Source of the DNA: Candidatus Woesearchaeota archaeon
GTDB taxonomy: Archaea; Nanobdellota; Nanobdellia; Woesearchaeales; WJKL01
Length of the DNA: 64,000 nucleotides
Direction of reading: 5' to 3'
Assembly: GCA_019322435.1 (NCBI GenBank)
Contig: JAHWIR010000005.1
Coordinates: forward strand, 67,443-131,442
The translations under genes and the position numbers were made by a program. Below, piece by piece: positions 26,885 to 36,462 of this stretch. Each line of letters starts with the position of its first letter. Positions within the stretch are counted from its first letter, which is position 1. The notes under the pieces were generated by a model that did no database searches, was not told the origin of the DNA, and worked only from the letters and a program-made list of their open reading frames with translations.

Positions 26885-29800
26885 ATGGGCAAAAAACTAT
26901 TATTGGCGGTAGTTATAGTTCTCTTGTTTAGTTTTGAAGTTTATGCTTGCAGTGATGATTCTGATTGTGCTGATGACCAGAAATGTTCTTTAGGAAGCTG
27001 TCTGAATATTGAGGATTGTCTGCAAGATGCTGATTGTGAAATGATTGATGGCCATGTTAGGATTGTTGATGTAAGCCCTTCTATTTGTGACGGAGAGTTG
27101 GTTGATATAACTATTGAGGGAATCCTTCCTTTTAAGATGGTGGATTTCTTTGAGATTTTCGGGCATAGTATTGCTTATCCAAATGGCTGGATTCATGACT
27201 GTTTTATGAATTATAATATTGATCTGCAGCCTGGCTGGAGCTGGGATATTATTCATGGCGGAGAGACTGTTGCAATCGGTATAGGAATATATGATGATGA
27301 TGGTGTTGGATATGACGAGATAGACAGCGGATTGATGACTGCAGACACTAAAATCAATATGTATGATGATGTTAATGAAGGAAACTGTATTTCTGTTGCA
27401 TTTAAGCATACTTTCAATAACATAGATCTAAGTTCTTTTGCAGATGGTGTTGATGGAGATGTTGAACTTTATGCAGCTGCTGCTGGAGCAAGCAGTGAGC
27501 AGTTAGATGGAACAGATGATATTGATGAATTTGGAGCTGGATATGATGATGGGTATTATTCACCACAATATAATATAGATATTGATGATGATCCTCCTCC
27601 AACAACTGATCCAGAAGCTGATCCTAATACATGGACAACAGTTACAACACCAAACATATTAGGATATGCTGTTGTTGATTCTGGAAGCGGTGTTGATCAT
27701 TATGAATATCAGATTGACAGCACTGGCGGAAGCTGGACAGGTGTGGGAGAAGAAACTAGTTTTAATACGCCTTCCCAGTCAGACGGAACACATACTGTTT
27801 ATGTCAGGGCTGTGGACAGGTGTAATCCTGGAGATCCTGGTTCTGTAAATGTTTATATTAATTCACAAATGAACTGCGAGTGCGGAGGGGGGGAATGCTG
27901 CAGTGATGGGTGTAATTATGATGCTGCTGGAAGCTGGTGTAATGAGGTTGAGTTAAGCCAATATGATTGCCTGGATGGCCATGGCCTAGGAAGCGATGTT
28001 TATGTTAGGGAAAGGTATCAAAAATGCACTGGAAGCTCTGCTGCTTGCAGCGGGACATCTTATTATGACTGGGGAATAAAGAATGAGTGCGGGCCTGATG
28101 AGTATTGTGCAAGTGATGGAGACAGTTCCTGCACTTCTTGCTCAACAACATGCGACGATTCCTGCCAATCTTTAAAATGTCATGGAATAGACCCCGACTG
28201 CACTTCTGGCGGAGGAAGCAGCCAGTGCTCTGATCAGGGTGGAAGCTGTTCTGGTGGAAATTGTGTTGGTGTAAGCTGTATATATAACCCTGCTGATGCT
28301 TGTGTTGATTCAAGCGGCTGTTTGAGGCCTGGAACCTTTGCATGGTGGATGTGCGACCAAAATATTCAAGTGGAGTATGCATGCAAAGAAGGCAATATGG
28401 CTGGAGATGATGTTTGGGAAAAAGCAAAGAATCGTTTTTGTTCTGGAACAAGTCCTAATTGTGACGGACCTTTAGAATGGAGCTGGTCTCAGATTGAGGA
28501 TTGCGGGGCTAATGAAAGGTGTGCTAATGACGGAGATACTACATGCACACCAACGCCTGCTGAAACATGCAATGGAGCTGATGATGATTATGATGGTGAT
28601 GTTGATGAAGGCTTAAGCGGGAATTTATGTCCATTGCAGGATGGTGTTTGTTCTGGAGCAAGAGAGAAGTGTATTGGAGGAAGCTGGCAGAGCTGTAGTA
28701 GTTCAACATATGGAGGAGATTATCAGGCTGCAGAGACAAGATGTGATGGGCTGGATAATGACTGCGATGGAAGTGTTGATGGAAGCTTGAGCAGAAGCTG
28801 TGGCGTAACCTGGACAGGAGCATGCACAATGGGAACAGAGAGCTGCAGTGGGGGAGCATGGACTGGCTGCACTGCTGTGCTGCCAACAACAGAGGTTTGT
28901 GACGGCAGTGATAGTGACTGCGATGGAATAAAGGACGGCTCAGAAGGATTTGGAACTATGGACTGCTATGATGCTGCAAATTCAAGCTATGCTGGAACTG
29001 GCGTATGTTCTTATGGTTATTATGAATGCACTGATTCAGGATGGGGTTCAGATTGTGTGGGTGATGTTGGACCTGAGCCAGAAAACTGTGTAGATGGGCT
29101 GGATAATGACTGTGATGGATATACTGACGCTGATGATGATGACTGCAGATGTGATTTTGATTCTGACTGCGGAACAGATGGGGATTTTATTGAGAGTTAT
29201 TGCTCAGGAAATGATTTGCTTGATATTTACAGAAATTATAGCTGTATAAACCCTGGAGCAAATAATTCTTGTTGCAATTATACTGATTATGATGTTGTTC
29301 AAGAAACTTGTGGCAATGGCTGTGAGTATGGAAGATGTATTGAAAGCGGATATTTGTGGGTTGCTGATTATCTGAATGATAAGATCCACAAAACATCAAA
29401 GCCAGGAATGATATTGGAATCTATTGATATTTCTGGGGTTTATCTTTACGGGCTTACTTGGGATGGAGAGTATTTTTGGTATTCTGATGATGCAACTAAT
29501 AAAATATATAAATTAAGCAAAAACGGCACTGTAATATTTAGCTTTGCTTCTCCTGGTCCTAAACCAAGCGGGCTTGCTTGGGATGGGGAGTATTTATGGC
29601 ATACTGATTATGGAATGGATAGAGTCTATAAATTGACAGTGGATGGAGAGGTTGTGGATAGTTTTAGTGTGCCTTATGCTTATGCTTATGGTATTGAATG
29701 GGATGGAAATAATTTGTGGATTTCTGATTATGAAGGAAATATCAACAAACTGACTACAAATGGTACTGTTTTGGATAGTATAGGTGTTCCTACAGGAGTA

Positions 29801-32734
29801 TTTGGCGTGGCTTGGGATGGAGAGTATTTATGGTGTACTAGTCCCTCTAGAGGCAAGATGTACAAAGTTTCCACAGGAGGAACTATTTTAGACAGCTACA
29901 ACGATACAGGAGGCAGATTGTTTGACTTGGCTTGGGATGGGAAGTATTTATGGGCTTTAGATTATGATTGGGATGCTATACACAAACTAGAGAAAGACAG
30001 AATTGTGGTTTCTTTTGACAGCCCTGGAGGTAATCCAAGAGGTTTGACTTGGGATGGACAGCATATATGGAATGTAGATTCTAGTAGTGATAGATTATAT
30101 CAAATCACTACTAAAGGAGACGTTATAAGCAATTGCAATATCTTTGGTGGTGAACCTGTTGGATTGACTTGGGATGGAAATAATTTTTGGTATTCTGCTA
30201 CTGATACTGGTGGAATGTACAAGATAGATTCTAGCTGCAATATTCTTAATAGTTTTGGAAATCCTGGAGGACCAGATGCCAGTGGACTTACTTGGGATGG
30301 AAGTTATCTATGGAGTGCTAATAGTGGAAATGATAAAATCTTCAAATCTACTACTGGCGGAAGTGTTGTAGACAGCATTAATAGCCCCAATTCAAGCCCT
30401 GCTGGGCTAACTTTTGATGGTGTTTATTTCTGGAACTCGGATGGAAATGGTCAAATATATAGGCTTTTAACTGACGGGACAGTGCTTGAGAATTTTACAG
30501 GCCCTTCAACATTCATATTTGGCTTGGCTTGGCAGCCTACGGATGAAGTAATTGAATGTTATTCTGAGTCTGAGTGCGGAACAGACGAGTATGTTGGTGA
30601 AAATTACTGCATTGGAAATGATGTTTACAGGGATTATGGAGATTACAGCTGTTCTGATGCTGCAACACATAACTCTTCATGTGATTATACATCTACTCCT
30701 CAATTAAATGAAAGCTGTGGCAGCGGGGAAATTTGTTATAATGGGGGCTGCGTGGCTGTGAATTGCACTTCTGACCTGGAGTGTGGGCAGGATGTTTGGA
30801 TAGGAAATGGCTACTGCAGCAATGGAGATGTTTACCAGGTTCTTGGAAATCATAGCTGCGAAAATGTTGGAACTGTTAATGCAAGCTGCGGTTATAATGA
30901 ATATATTGCAGTAAAACTAGAATGCGGCAGTGGTTGTTCAAATGGAAAATGTGAAGGAGAAGGATATATGTGGCATTCTGATTCTGGTACTGACAAGATT
31001 TACAAGCTTGCAGAGGATTTTACTGTGGTGGAAAGCTTTGGCGCTCCTGGAGGTGCTCCTTATGATCTTACATATGACGGAGAATACCTGTGGCTTATTG
31101 AAAGTGACAGCGACAGGGTGTATAAGATAACAACAGAAGGGATTATAACTGATTATTTTAATTCTCCTGGAATAGCCCCTTTTGGACTGGAGTGGGATGG
31201 AAGCAATCTATGGCTGGCTGAGTCATCAAATGATATGATCTACAAGATGACAACTAACGGCAGTATTGTCTCTAATTTTAGCAGTCCTGGACCTTGGCCA
31301 AAAGGCTTGGCATGGGATGGCAGTTATTTGTGGCATGCTGACAATTATATAAATACTGAGATGATTTACAAGCTGGATACAAGCGGCAATGTTATTGACA
31401 GCTTTAGTTCTCCTAGTGATTCGCCGAGGGGATTGGAATGGGATGGAGAGTATTTGTGGAATGCTGATTCATATAGTGATAAGATATACAAGCTGACAAC
31501 ATCAGGGGCTGTTGTGGACAGTTTTGACAGCATTGGAGCAGTCCCAAATGGCCTTGCATGGAGTGAGGATATTAAGATAGTTTGTGTTGCTGATTCTGAC
31601 TGCGGAACAGACAAGTATATTGGAGACAAGTACTGCAATGGAAATAATGTTGTGCAGCTTTATAGAACTTATGATTGTGTGAATCCTGGAACTGTTAATT
31701 CTTCCTGCAGCCATGGTGATGCTGAAATTATCAGGGATACATGCAGTGGAAGCTGTGTTAGCGGAACATGTGATGATATTGCTTGTTATAGTGATGATGA
31801 CTGCGGAGATGATAGGTATGTTGGAAGCAAATATTGTCAATCAGGAGATGTATGGCAGGATTATAGAGAATATGATTGTGTAAATCCAAAAACTGTTAGT
31901 GCTGCCTGCTCAAGTTCTGATCAAGCTAAAAGAAGGAAAGATTGTGAATTTGGTTGTCAATCTGGTATTTGTTTGGATGAGCCGTCTGGATATGCTTGTT
32001 CAAGCAATGCTGGCTGCGGAACAGATGGTTATGTTGGAAGTCAGTATTGCAATGACGGAAATGAATGGCAGGATTGGAGAACATGGACATGCAATAATGC
32101 TGGAACAATTGATGCTTACTGCAGTTATGATGATAATCCACAGTTTAAGACAGGCTGTGCTGGAGGTTGCTTGGATGGGTGGTGTGTTGGTGCTGTATGC
32201 AATATAAATTCTGACTGCGGAACAGATGAATATATTGGAACTCCTTATTGCGATGGAAATGATGTTTATCAAGTTTATAGAGTGTGGAGTTGTGATGTTC
32301 CTGGAACTGACTCGTGCAGTTATACAGATGGCATTCAATTTAAAGAGGGTTGTGCTATTAACTGTTTGAATGGTGTTTGTGTTGATGATGACGGCAGGGG
32401 CAGCGGAGATGCTGACTTAGAAGTTTCATATTTCTTGCTGCAGTATCCTGATAATCCTGTTGCCGGAGATAGTGTTACTTTGACTTTCCATATACATAAT
32501 GTTGGCAATACTACTGTTGATGAAGCTGAGTGGAGATTAGACAGTGGAGCTGGATATTCTATTGGCGGTGTTGTAAGTGATTTAAAGGAAGGAGAAGGGA
32601 TGGGTGTTGGCAAGAAAATAACTTATTCAAGCGCTGGAACTTATTATGCAAAGGTTAAGGTTGACCCCAATAATAAAATTGAAGAATTTAATGAAGGAAA
32701 TAATGAAAAAGAATTGATTGTGGTGGTTTCATGA
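26885..32734 (+). CDS. Giant secreted adhesin-like protein (1949 aa).
   Basis: Signal peptide, then an N-terminal Cys-rich region. It carries MopE-type CDG-DNDCDG putative metal-binding motifs, ~14 ~42-aa GL.WDG.YLW..D...IYK beta-propeller blades in two blocks, ~9 ~60-aa Cys modules, and a C-terminal CARDB-like domain ending E.NEGNN. Confidence 0.7.
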   Translation: MGKKLLLAVVIVLLFSFEVYACSDDSDCADDQKCSLGSCLNIEDCLQDADCEMIDGHVRIVDVSPSICDGELVDITIEGILPFKMVDFFEIFGHSIAYPNGWIHDCFMNYNIDLQPGWSWDIIHGGETVAIGIGIYDDDGVGYDEIDSGLMTADTKINMYDDVNEGNCISVAFKHTFNNIDLSSFADGVDGDVELYAAAAGASSEQLDGTDDIDEFGAGYDDGYYSPQYNIDIDDDPPPTTDPEADPNTWTTVTTPNILGYAVVDSGSGVDHYEYQIDSTGGSWTGVGEETSFNTPSQSDGTHTVYVRAVDRCNPGDPGSVNVYINSQMNCECGGGECCSDGCNYDAAGSWCNEVELSQYDCLDGHGLGSDVYVRERYQKCTGSSAACSGTSYYDWGIKNECGPDEYCASDGDSSCTSCSTTCDDSCQSLKCHGIDPDCTSGGGSSQCSDQGGSCSGGNCVGVSCIYNPADACVDSSGCLRPGTFAWWMCDQNIQVEYACKEGNMAGDDVWEKAKNRFCSGTSPNCDGPLEWSWSQIEDCGANERCANDGDTTCTPTPAETCNGADDDYDGDVDEGLSGNLCPLQDGVCSGAREKCIGGSWQSCSSSTYGGDYQAAETRCDGLDNDCDGSVDGSLSRSCGVTWTGACTMGTESCSGGAWTGCTAVLPTTEVCDGSDSDCDGIKDGSEGFGTMDCYDAANSSYAGTGVCSYGYYECTDSGWGSDCVGDVGPEPENCVDGLDNDCDGYTDADDDDCRCDFDSDCGTDGDFIESYCSGNDLLDIYRNYSCINPGANNSCCNYTDYDVVQETCGNGCEYGRCIESGYLWVADYLNDKIHKTSKPGMILESIDISGVYLYGLTWDGEYFWYSDDATNKIYKLSKNGTVIFSFASPGPKPSGLAWDGEYLWHTDYGMDRVYKLTVDGEVVDSFSVPYAYAYGIEWDGNNLWISDYEGNINKLTTNGTVLDSIGVPTGVFGVAWDGEYLWCTSPSRGKMYKVSTGGTILDSYNDTGGRLFDLAWDGKYLWALDYDWDAIHKLEKDRIVVSFDSPGGNPRGLTWDGQHIWNVDSSSDRLYQITTKGDVISNCNIFGGEPVGLTWDGNNFWYSATDTGGMYKIDSSCNILNSFGNPGGPDASGLTWDGSYLWSANSGNDKIFKSTTGGSVVDSINSPNSSPAGLTFDGVYFWNSDGNGQIYRLLTDGTVLENFTGPSTFIFGLAWQPTDEVIECYSESECGTDEYVGENYCIGNDVYRDYGDYSCSDAATHNSSCDYTSTPQLNESCGSGEICYNGGCVAVNCTSDLECGQDVWIGNGYCSNGDVYQVLGNHSCENVGTVNASCGYNEYIAVKLECGSGCSNGKCEGEGYMWHSDSGTDKIYKLAEDFTVVESFGAPGGAPYDLTYDGEYLWLIESDSDRVYKITTEGIITDYFNSPGIAPFGLEWDGSNLWLAESSNDMIYKMTTNGSIVSNFSSPGPWPKGLAWDGSYLWHADNYINTEMIYKLDTSGNVIDSFSSPSDSPRGLEWDGEYLWNADSYSDKIYKLTTSGAVVDSFDSIGAVPNGLAWSEDIKIVCVADSDCGTDKYIGDKYCNGNNVVQLYRTYDCVNPGTVNSSCSHGDAEIIRDTCSGSCVSGTCDDIACYSDDDCGDDRYVGSKYCQSGDVWQDYREYDCVNPKTVSAACSSSDQAKRRKDCEFGCQSGICLDEPSGYACSSNAGCGTDGYVGSQYCNDGNEWQDWRTWTCNNAGTIDAYCSYDDNPQFKTGCAGGCLDGWCVGAVCNINSDCGTDEYIGTPYCDGNDVYQVYRVWSCDVPGTDSCSYTDGIQFKEGCAINCLNGVCVDDDGRGSGDADLEVSYFLLQYPDNPVAGDSVTLTFHIHNVGNTTVDEAEWRLDSGAGYSIGGVVSDLKEGEGMGVGKKITYSSAGTYYAKVKVDPNNKIEEFNEGNNEKELIVVVS

Positions 32735-33429
32735 TTAAGATAATAAGAAATGCTATTATTGGATTTTTGATAGCTTATATGTTAGGGGGCTGCGGAGATA
32801 GCGGAAGCAGTAAAAAGAAGAAAAATCCTGCGCCTAGCATAACTTTAGAGAGCATTGTGCAGGATGATTTTGAAAATAGCGGAACAGATATAACTCTTAC
32901 TGTTACTGATAATGGGGGAGTTGATTCTGTTAATGTTATTTATACTTCTATTAGCTATAATGATGTTGTAACTTTAACTGATATTGGAAATGACCAGTAT
33001 CAAACAACTTTGAATCTTGATTCTGAGACTTATAATATTTCAATAGTTGCTTATGATAACAAAGGGAAAGAAAGCACTTTGGATTTAGGGCAGGTTGTGA
33101 GATATGGAAATGAAGTTAATACTGATTCTGCATTAGATAATAAATTAAGTGATAATACTGATGGTGTAGATGTAACTATGCATTTTATGAATGACCAGTT
33201 TGATTTGGATGGTGTTATTATAAAGTATGATGCTGAAGCTGTTGTTAATGGAAAAACATATATTCTATGGGTTCAGGGAGAGAATGATGGAGAGCATTTA
33301 GTTGAGAAAGCAAAACTAGAAGAATATAATATTTATTGGATACAGATTAATCCTTTGCCTTTGCAAGATATTGATGGTGTTATAGATCAAATAGATTTAG
33401 ATGGGTGGATTCCTTATACAACTTATTAA
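32731..33429 (+). CDS. Secreted or lipoprotein-like hypothetical protein.
   Basis: N-terminus ...LGGCGDSGS. ATGA overlap with the giant gene. T/D/N-rich. Confidence 0.45.
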   Translation: MIKIIRNAIIGFLIAYMLGGCGDSGSSKKKKNPAPSITLESIVQDDFENSGTDITLTVTDNGGVDSVNVIYTSISYNDVVTLTDIGNDQYQTTLNLDSETYNISIVAYDNKGKESTLDLGQVVRYGNEVNTDSALDNKLSDNTDGVDVTMHFMNDQFDLDGVIIKYDAEAVVNGKTYILWVQGENDGEHLVEKAKLEEYNIYWIQINPLPLQDIDGVIDQIDLDGWIPYTTY

Positions 33430-34232
33430 ACTTCAATAAACTTCTGCATCCTGTTGACAAATTCTTCTGCTTCTTTGTATAATCTTTCGTATTCAGGGCC
33501 TTTTATTTCTTTTATTTCTCTATGGGTTATGCCTTTCATCAATTTGTAGAATTTGTCCATTGTTTTTGCATATTTTAGCTCCAGCTTGTGTTCTTTTACC
33601 AGCTTTTTTTCTAGTAAATCTCCTGCATGCTGCGGAGAAGGAGGGATTTCACCAATATGCATTAATGCTGCGTGTGTTGCATCGATTACAGCCCAGTAAA
33701 GGTCTAAGGCTGCCTGAAGAATATGCCATTTTGAGTTTAATAATGTTCGTGGGGCACGGCCGAAGTATACCCAGACAGATTCATTAGATGGGCGGATTCT
33801 GCCTTGGATTAGTAATGCCTGCAATGGGTCAAAGAAACCTGTGTCTATAATGGCAATTCCATCTCTTATTATGTTTATTGCAACTGGATCTCCTGCTCTT
33901 ACATATTCCCAGAAAGAGGTTATTGTCATTGAAGTTACATGCAGTCTGGTTGAGACTTTTCCAATTGTTCTTTCTATAATTAATCTATATGCTTCTATGA
34001 CATCTCTTGTCATCCTTATGGACAGGTCATCTACTACGATTAATACATCAACATCTCCTTTTTGGCCAACTGGTGTGCGTTTTCTAGCTGCTGAGCCAAA
34101 CAAGACAACTGCTTTTAAGAAATCTCCAAATTCTGTCTTAATCCTTTTTGCAAAAGACCTAGCTATTGTAAGGTCTTCATTTGGATAGTTTGTAATATTA
34201 GGACGAACTCCTTTTTTAACTTGAAATTTCAA
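33426..34232 (-). CDS. Nucleotidyltransferase-domain protein with a C-terminal helical (HEPN-like) region.
   Basis: The NTase motif GSAARKRTPVGQKGDVDVLIVVDD fits the GS...D.D pattern. The ORF-track TTG start (34295) lies inside a TATA box. A TTG at 34232, preceded by GAGGGGAG, gives the N-terminus MKFQVKKGVRP. Confidence 0.5.
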   Translation of the reverse strand: MKFQVKKGVRPNITNYPNEDLTIARSFAKRIKTEFGDFLKAVVLFGSAARKRTPVGQKGDVDVLIVVDDLSIRMTRDVIEAYRLIIERTIGKVSTRLHVTSMTITSFWEYVRAGDPVAINIIRDGIAIIDTGFFDPLQALLIQGRIRPSNESVWVYFGRAPRTLLNSKWHILQAALDLYWAVIDATHAALMHIGEIPPSPQHAGDLLEKKLVKEHKLELKYAKTMDKFYKLMKGITHREIKEIKGPEYERLYKEAEEFVNRMQKFIEV

Positions 34233-34280
34233 TATGTCTCCCCTCTTTTTAGTTAAAATAGAAAGAAATAGTATATAAAT

Positions 34281-34324
34281 GTTTGGGAATCCCAAACAAC
34301 ACTCAAAGAGCTTTGCTCTTTGAG
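34281..34324 (-). terminator. Two adjacent hairpins between 34339 and the NTase gene.
   Basis: CTCAAAGAG-CTTTG-CTCTTTGAG (9-bp stem) and GTTTGGG-AAT-CCCAAAC (7-bp stem). Confidence 0.35.
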
Positions 34325-34338
34325 CTAAAAGTTGCTAT

Positions 34339-34653
34339 TTAATATGTAACCTTCTGGATAGCTCCATACTTCTCTAATTGTTCTTCCAGCAGATGATAAT
34401 TTTTTTTGCCTACTACTGGTCCTTGAGTTAATTCTAAAGTAATAATGCAAAGACCCTCATCATTTGGCTCTGTAAACTTGGGATCATATTCTTTGTATTT
34501 ATATCCTGGTTTTTTCTCAGCAGTGACTTGGCCAGTGGCGCTAAAACCTAGTGTTATAGATATATCTTTTGGTCTAACACCTTTTTTAAGCTGTATAAAA
34601 TATGATGGGTCTACATCAAATACTGGTTCTATTAATTCCATTTTTTCTGACAT
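34339..34653 (-). CDS. Small hypothetical protein sharing an F-Q-[LV]-KKGVRP motif with the downstream NTase protein.
   Basis: 104-aa ORF immediately upstream, on the minus strand, of the NTase gene. The two are separated by two hairpins in 34281-34324. Confidence 0.4.
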   Translation of the reverse strand: MSEKMELIEPVFDVDPSYFIQLKKGVRPKDISITLGFSATGQVTAEKKPGYKYKEYDPKFTEPNDEGLCIITLELTQGPVVGKKNYHLLEEQLEKYGAIQKVTY

Positions 34654-34764
34654 AATTTATCCCTCTGATATATGAAGTTCTTTTGTTTTTTTTCAAGTTA
34701 TTATTTATATATTTTTTGTTTATTTCCATTAAGTTTATATATAAGTGAGACAAATTTATCATAT

Positions 34765-35412
34765 ATGGCAAAAGAAAGGTTAGAGGAAGTTTTGAAGAAA
34801 AAAGTAGAGCCTTTGCTAGAAGAAAGCATGCATAAGATTTTAGGGGTTACTATTTCTGAGTTTGGCAAAGATATATCTGACAAGATTGAAAGAAATCCAT
34901 TGATTGCATATGATATTGATACTGCTTTGGATTTTAAGGCTGCGAAGAAATTATTTAAGAAGCAGTTTTTGACAAGAATGCTGCAAACGCATTTTGGGAA
35001 TATATCTGCTGTTGCTCATATCACTGGATTAGATAGGAGGAGTGTCCACAGGGCTGTAAAAGAGCTGGGGATTGGCATTAAAGGGATTCGCAGGGATATG
35101 CTGAAAGCTGATTATTATAGAAAAGAAGCTGTTGGAGGCATATTGAAGAATACTCTTGAAAGTTATAAAGCAGTGATTAGGCCTGGGAAGCTGGAAGATA
35201 TGTATAAGAATGTTGATCAGATTAGTTCTGATATTGTGAAAGAACTGCCAACAATAGAGATGAGCTGGGATTCAGCTGAGAGGATGTTTGAAAAGCAGTA
35301 TTTTGAAAAGGCTTTGAAAGAGAATAAAGGCAATGTTTCTAAGACTGCAAGGAAGATTGGGTTAAGGTATGAGACATTGCATAGAAAGTTGAAGAAATTG
35401 GGGCTTAAATAG
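34765..35412 (+). CDS. DNA-binding protein with two Fis-type (HTH_8-like) helix-turn-helix motifs.
   Basis: GNISAVAHITGLDRRSVHRAVKELG and GNVSKTARKIGLRYETLHRKLKKLG both resemble Fis/NtrC C-terminal HTH. Start moved to the internal ATG at 34765 (MAKERLEEV). Confidence 0.45.
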   Translation: MAKERLEEVLKKKVEPLLEESMHKILGVTISEFGKDISDKIERNPLIAYDIDTALDFKAAKKLFKKQFLTRMLQTHFGNISAVAHITGLDRRSVHRAVKELGIGIKGIRRDMLKADYYRKEAVGGILKNTLESYKAVIRPGKLEDMYKNVDQISSDIVKELPTIEMSWDSAERMFEKQYFEKALKENKGNVSKTARKIGLRYETLHRKLKKLGLK

Positions 35413-35679
35413 TATGACTTTTTTGTCTCACTTTTAGCTATTTCTATACACGAATGTTTATAAGTCTAGAATGCTTATATATTATAGTGTGACCTATTTG
35501 TCATGCTGTAGAAATGTGATTAATATGGTATGGTTTGATTCAAGTTTAAGGTTTCAGCTGTGTGAAGCTGGAATCAGCGGTAATGTGGAACCAATAAAGC
35601 CTTGCAGTGGAAAATGCGGGCAATTAGAGATTCCATCTAGTTCTAGCTCTATTAGCGGGTTTACAGCAGGTGGGCAATA

Positions 35680-36462
35680 ATGGGATATTCAAGCGGATGC
35701 GGATATAGCTGCGGAAGTTCTGGCGCTTATTCTAGCTTAGAAAATATTGTTGGAAATTATAATGGTGGTTCTGGCGGAAGAGGCATTGATTATATGATTG
35801 CAGCAGAACCTGTTAAACAGTTTGAGCCAAGAGCAGATTATTTTGATGATGTTAAAAAAGAGGTTTATTCTGATAATTACAAAAGTGTAAAAAGAGTTTC
35901 TGAAACTTATAGTCACAGCATTTCTCATTTCCTTAATCCAGTAAGGCCTTTGAGTGTTTTTGTCGGAGAAGCTAAGGAGATAAAAGGCTTTGTAGAAGAG
36001 GCTTTTAAGGCCTTAACTGGACAGGAATTTCCAGATGATATAATTGTGAGGGTTGTTGAGGAAGAAGAGATGAAGAAGATGCATCCTGCAAATGTTTTGG
36101 GATTTGCAATAAACAGAAAACATCTTGGACTGCCTTCTGAGATTTTTGTTAAAAAGGATTTATTAGACAGATTGATGCTGACAATAGGGCATGAATTAGG
36201 GCATGTTTTGACAAGAAGATTAGCTGATAATAAAGATGAAGAAGCAAAAGCTTTTGCTTTTAGTCTGGCTTGGATGAAGAAGATCAAAGAAGAGAATATT
36301 GCTAATCTGTCCACTGTAATACAATTGGATAAGCCTGCTGAGAATGGTGTGCATAATGTTGCATTGGATTTTATTTTGAATTTAGTCAATAAAGGAAGGG
36401 AAGCAATAAAGGTTTGGATGGGGCTGGTTAAAGGTGAATTAAATGTATGTGAGTGGAGCTGA
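35680..36462 (+). CDS. ImmA/IrrE-family (M78-like) zinc metallopeptidase-like protein with a Gly/Ser/Cys-rich N-terminus.
   Basis: HELGH is followed 13 aa later by EEAKAFAFSLA, matching the HExxH...E-A-x-FA signature of ImmA/IrrE peptidases. Ribosome-binding site GGTGGG. Confidence 0.5.
   Translation: MGYSSGCGYSCGSSGAYSSLENIVGNYNGGSGGRGIDYMIAAEPVKQFEPRADYFDDVKKEVYSDNYKSVKRVSETYSHSISHFLNPVRPLSVFVGEAKEIKGFVEEAFKALTGQEFPDDIIVRVVEEEEMKKMHPANVLGFAINRKHLGLPSEIFVKKDLLDRLMLTIGHELGHVLTRRLADNKDEEAKAFAFSLAWMKKIKEENIANLSTVIQLDKPAENGVHNVALDFILNLVNKGREAIKVWMGLVKGELNVCEWS

Noticed and set aside
26990-32613. Multiple 60-148-aa ORFs in the track, in other frames and on the opposite strand of the giant gene (e.g. 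26990-27409, 28005-28451, 31502-31840, 32000-32338).
   Set aside because: They are embedded in a continuous 5.8-kb ORF with a strong repeat and domain signature. Their translations are low-complexity (H/Q/S/I-rich) with no start signals, so they are spurious.
35471-35680. 69-aa ORF just upstream of the ImmA-like gene. Also considered as an ncRNA because the region is locally GC-richer.
   Set aside because: It has no RBS or promoter and weak coding features. No tRNA-like cloverleaf or T-loop motif is recognisable. It is left unannotated.
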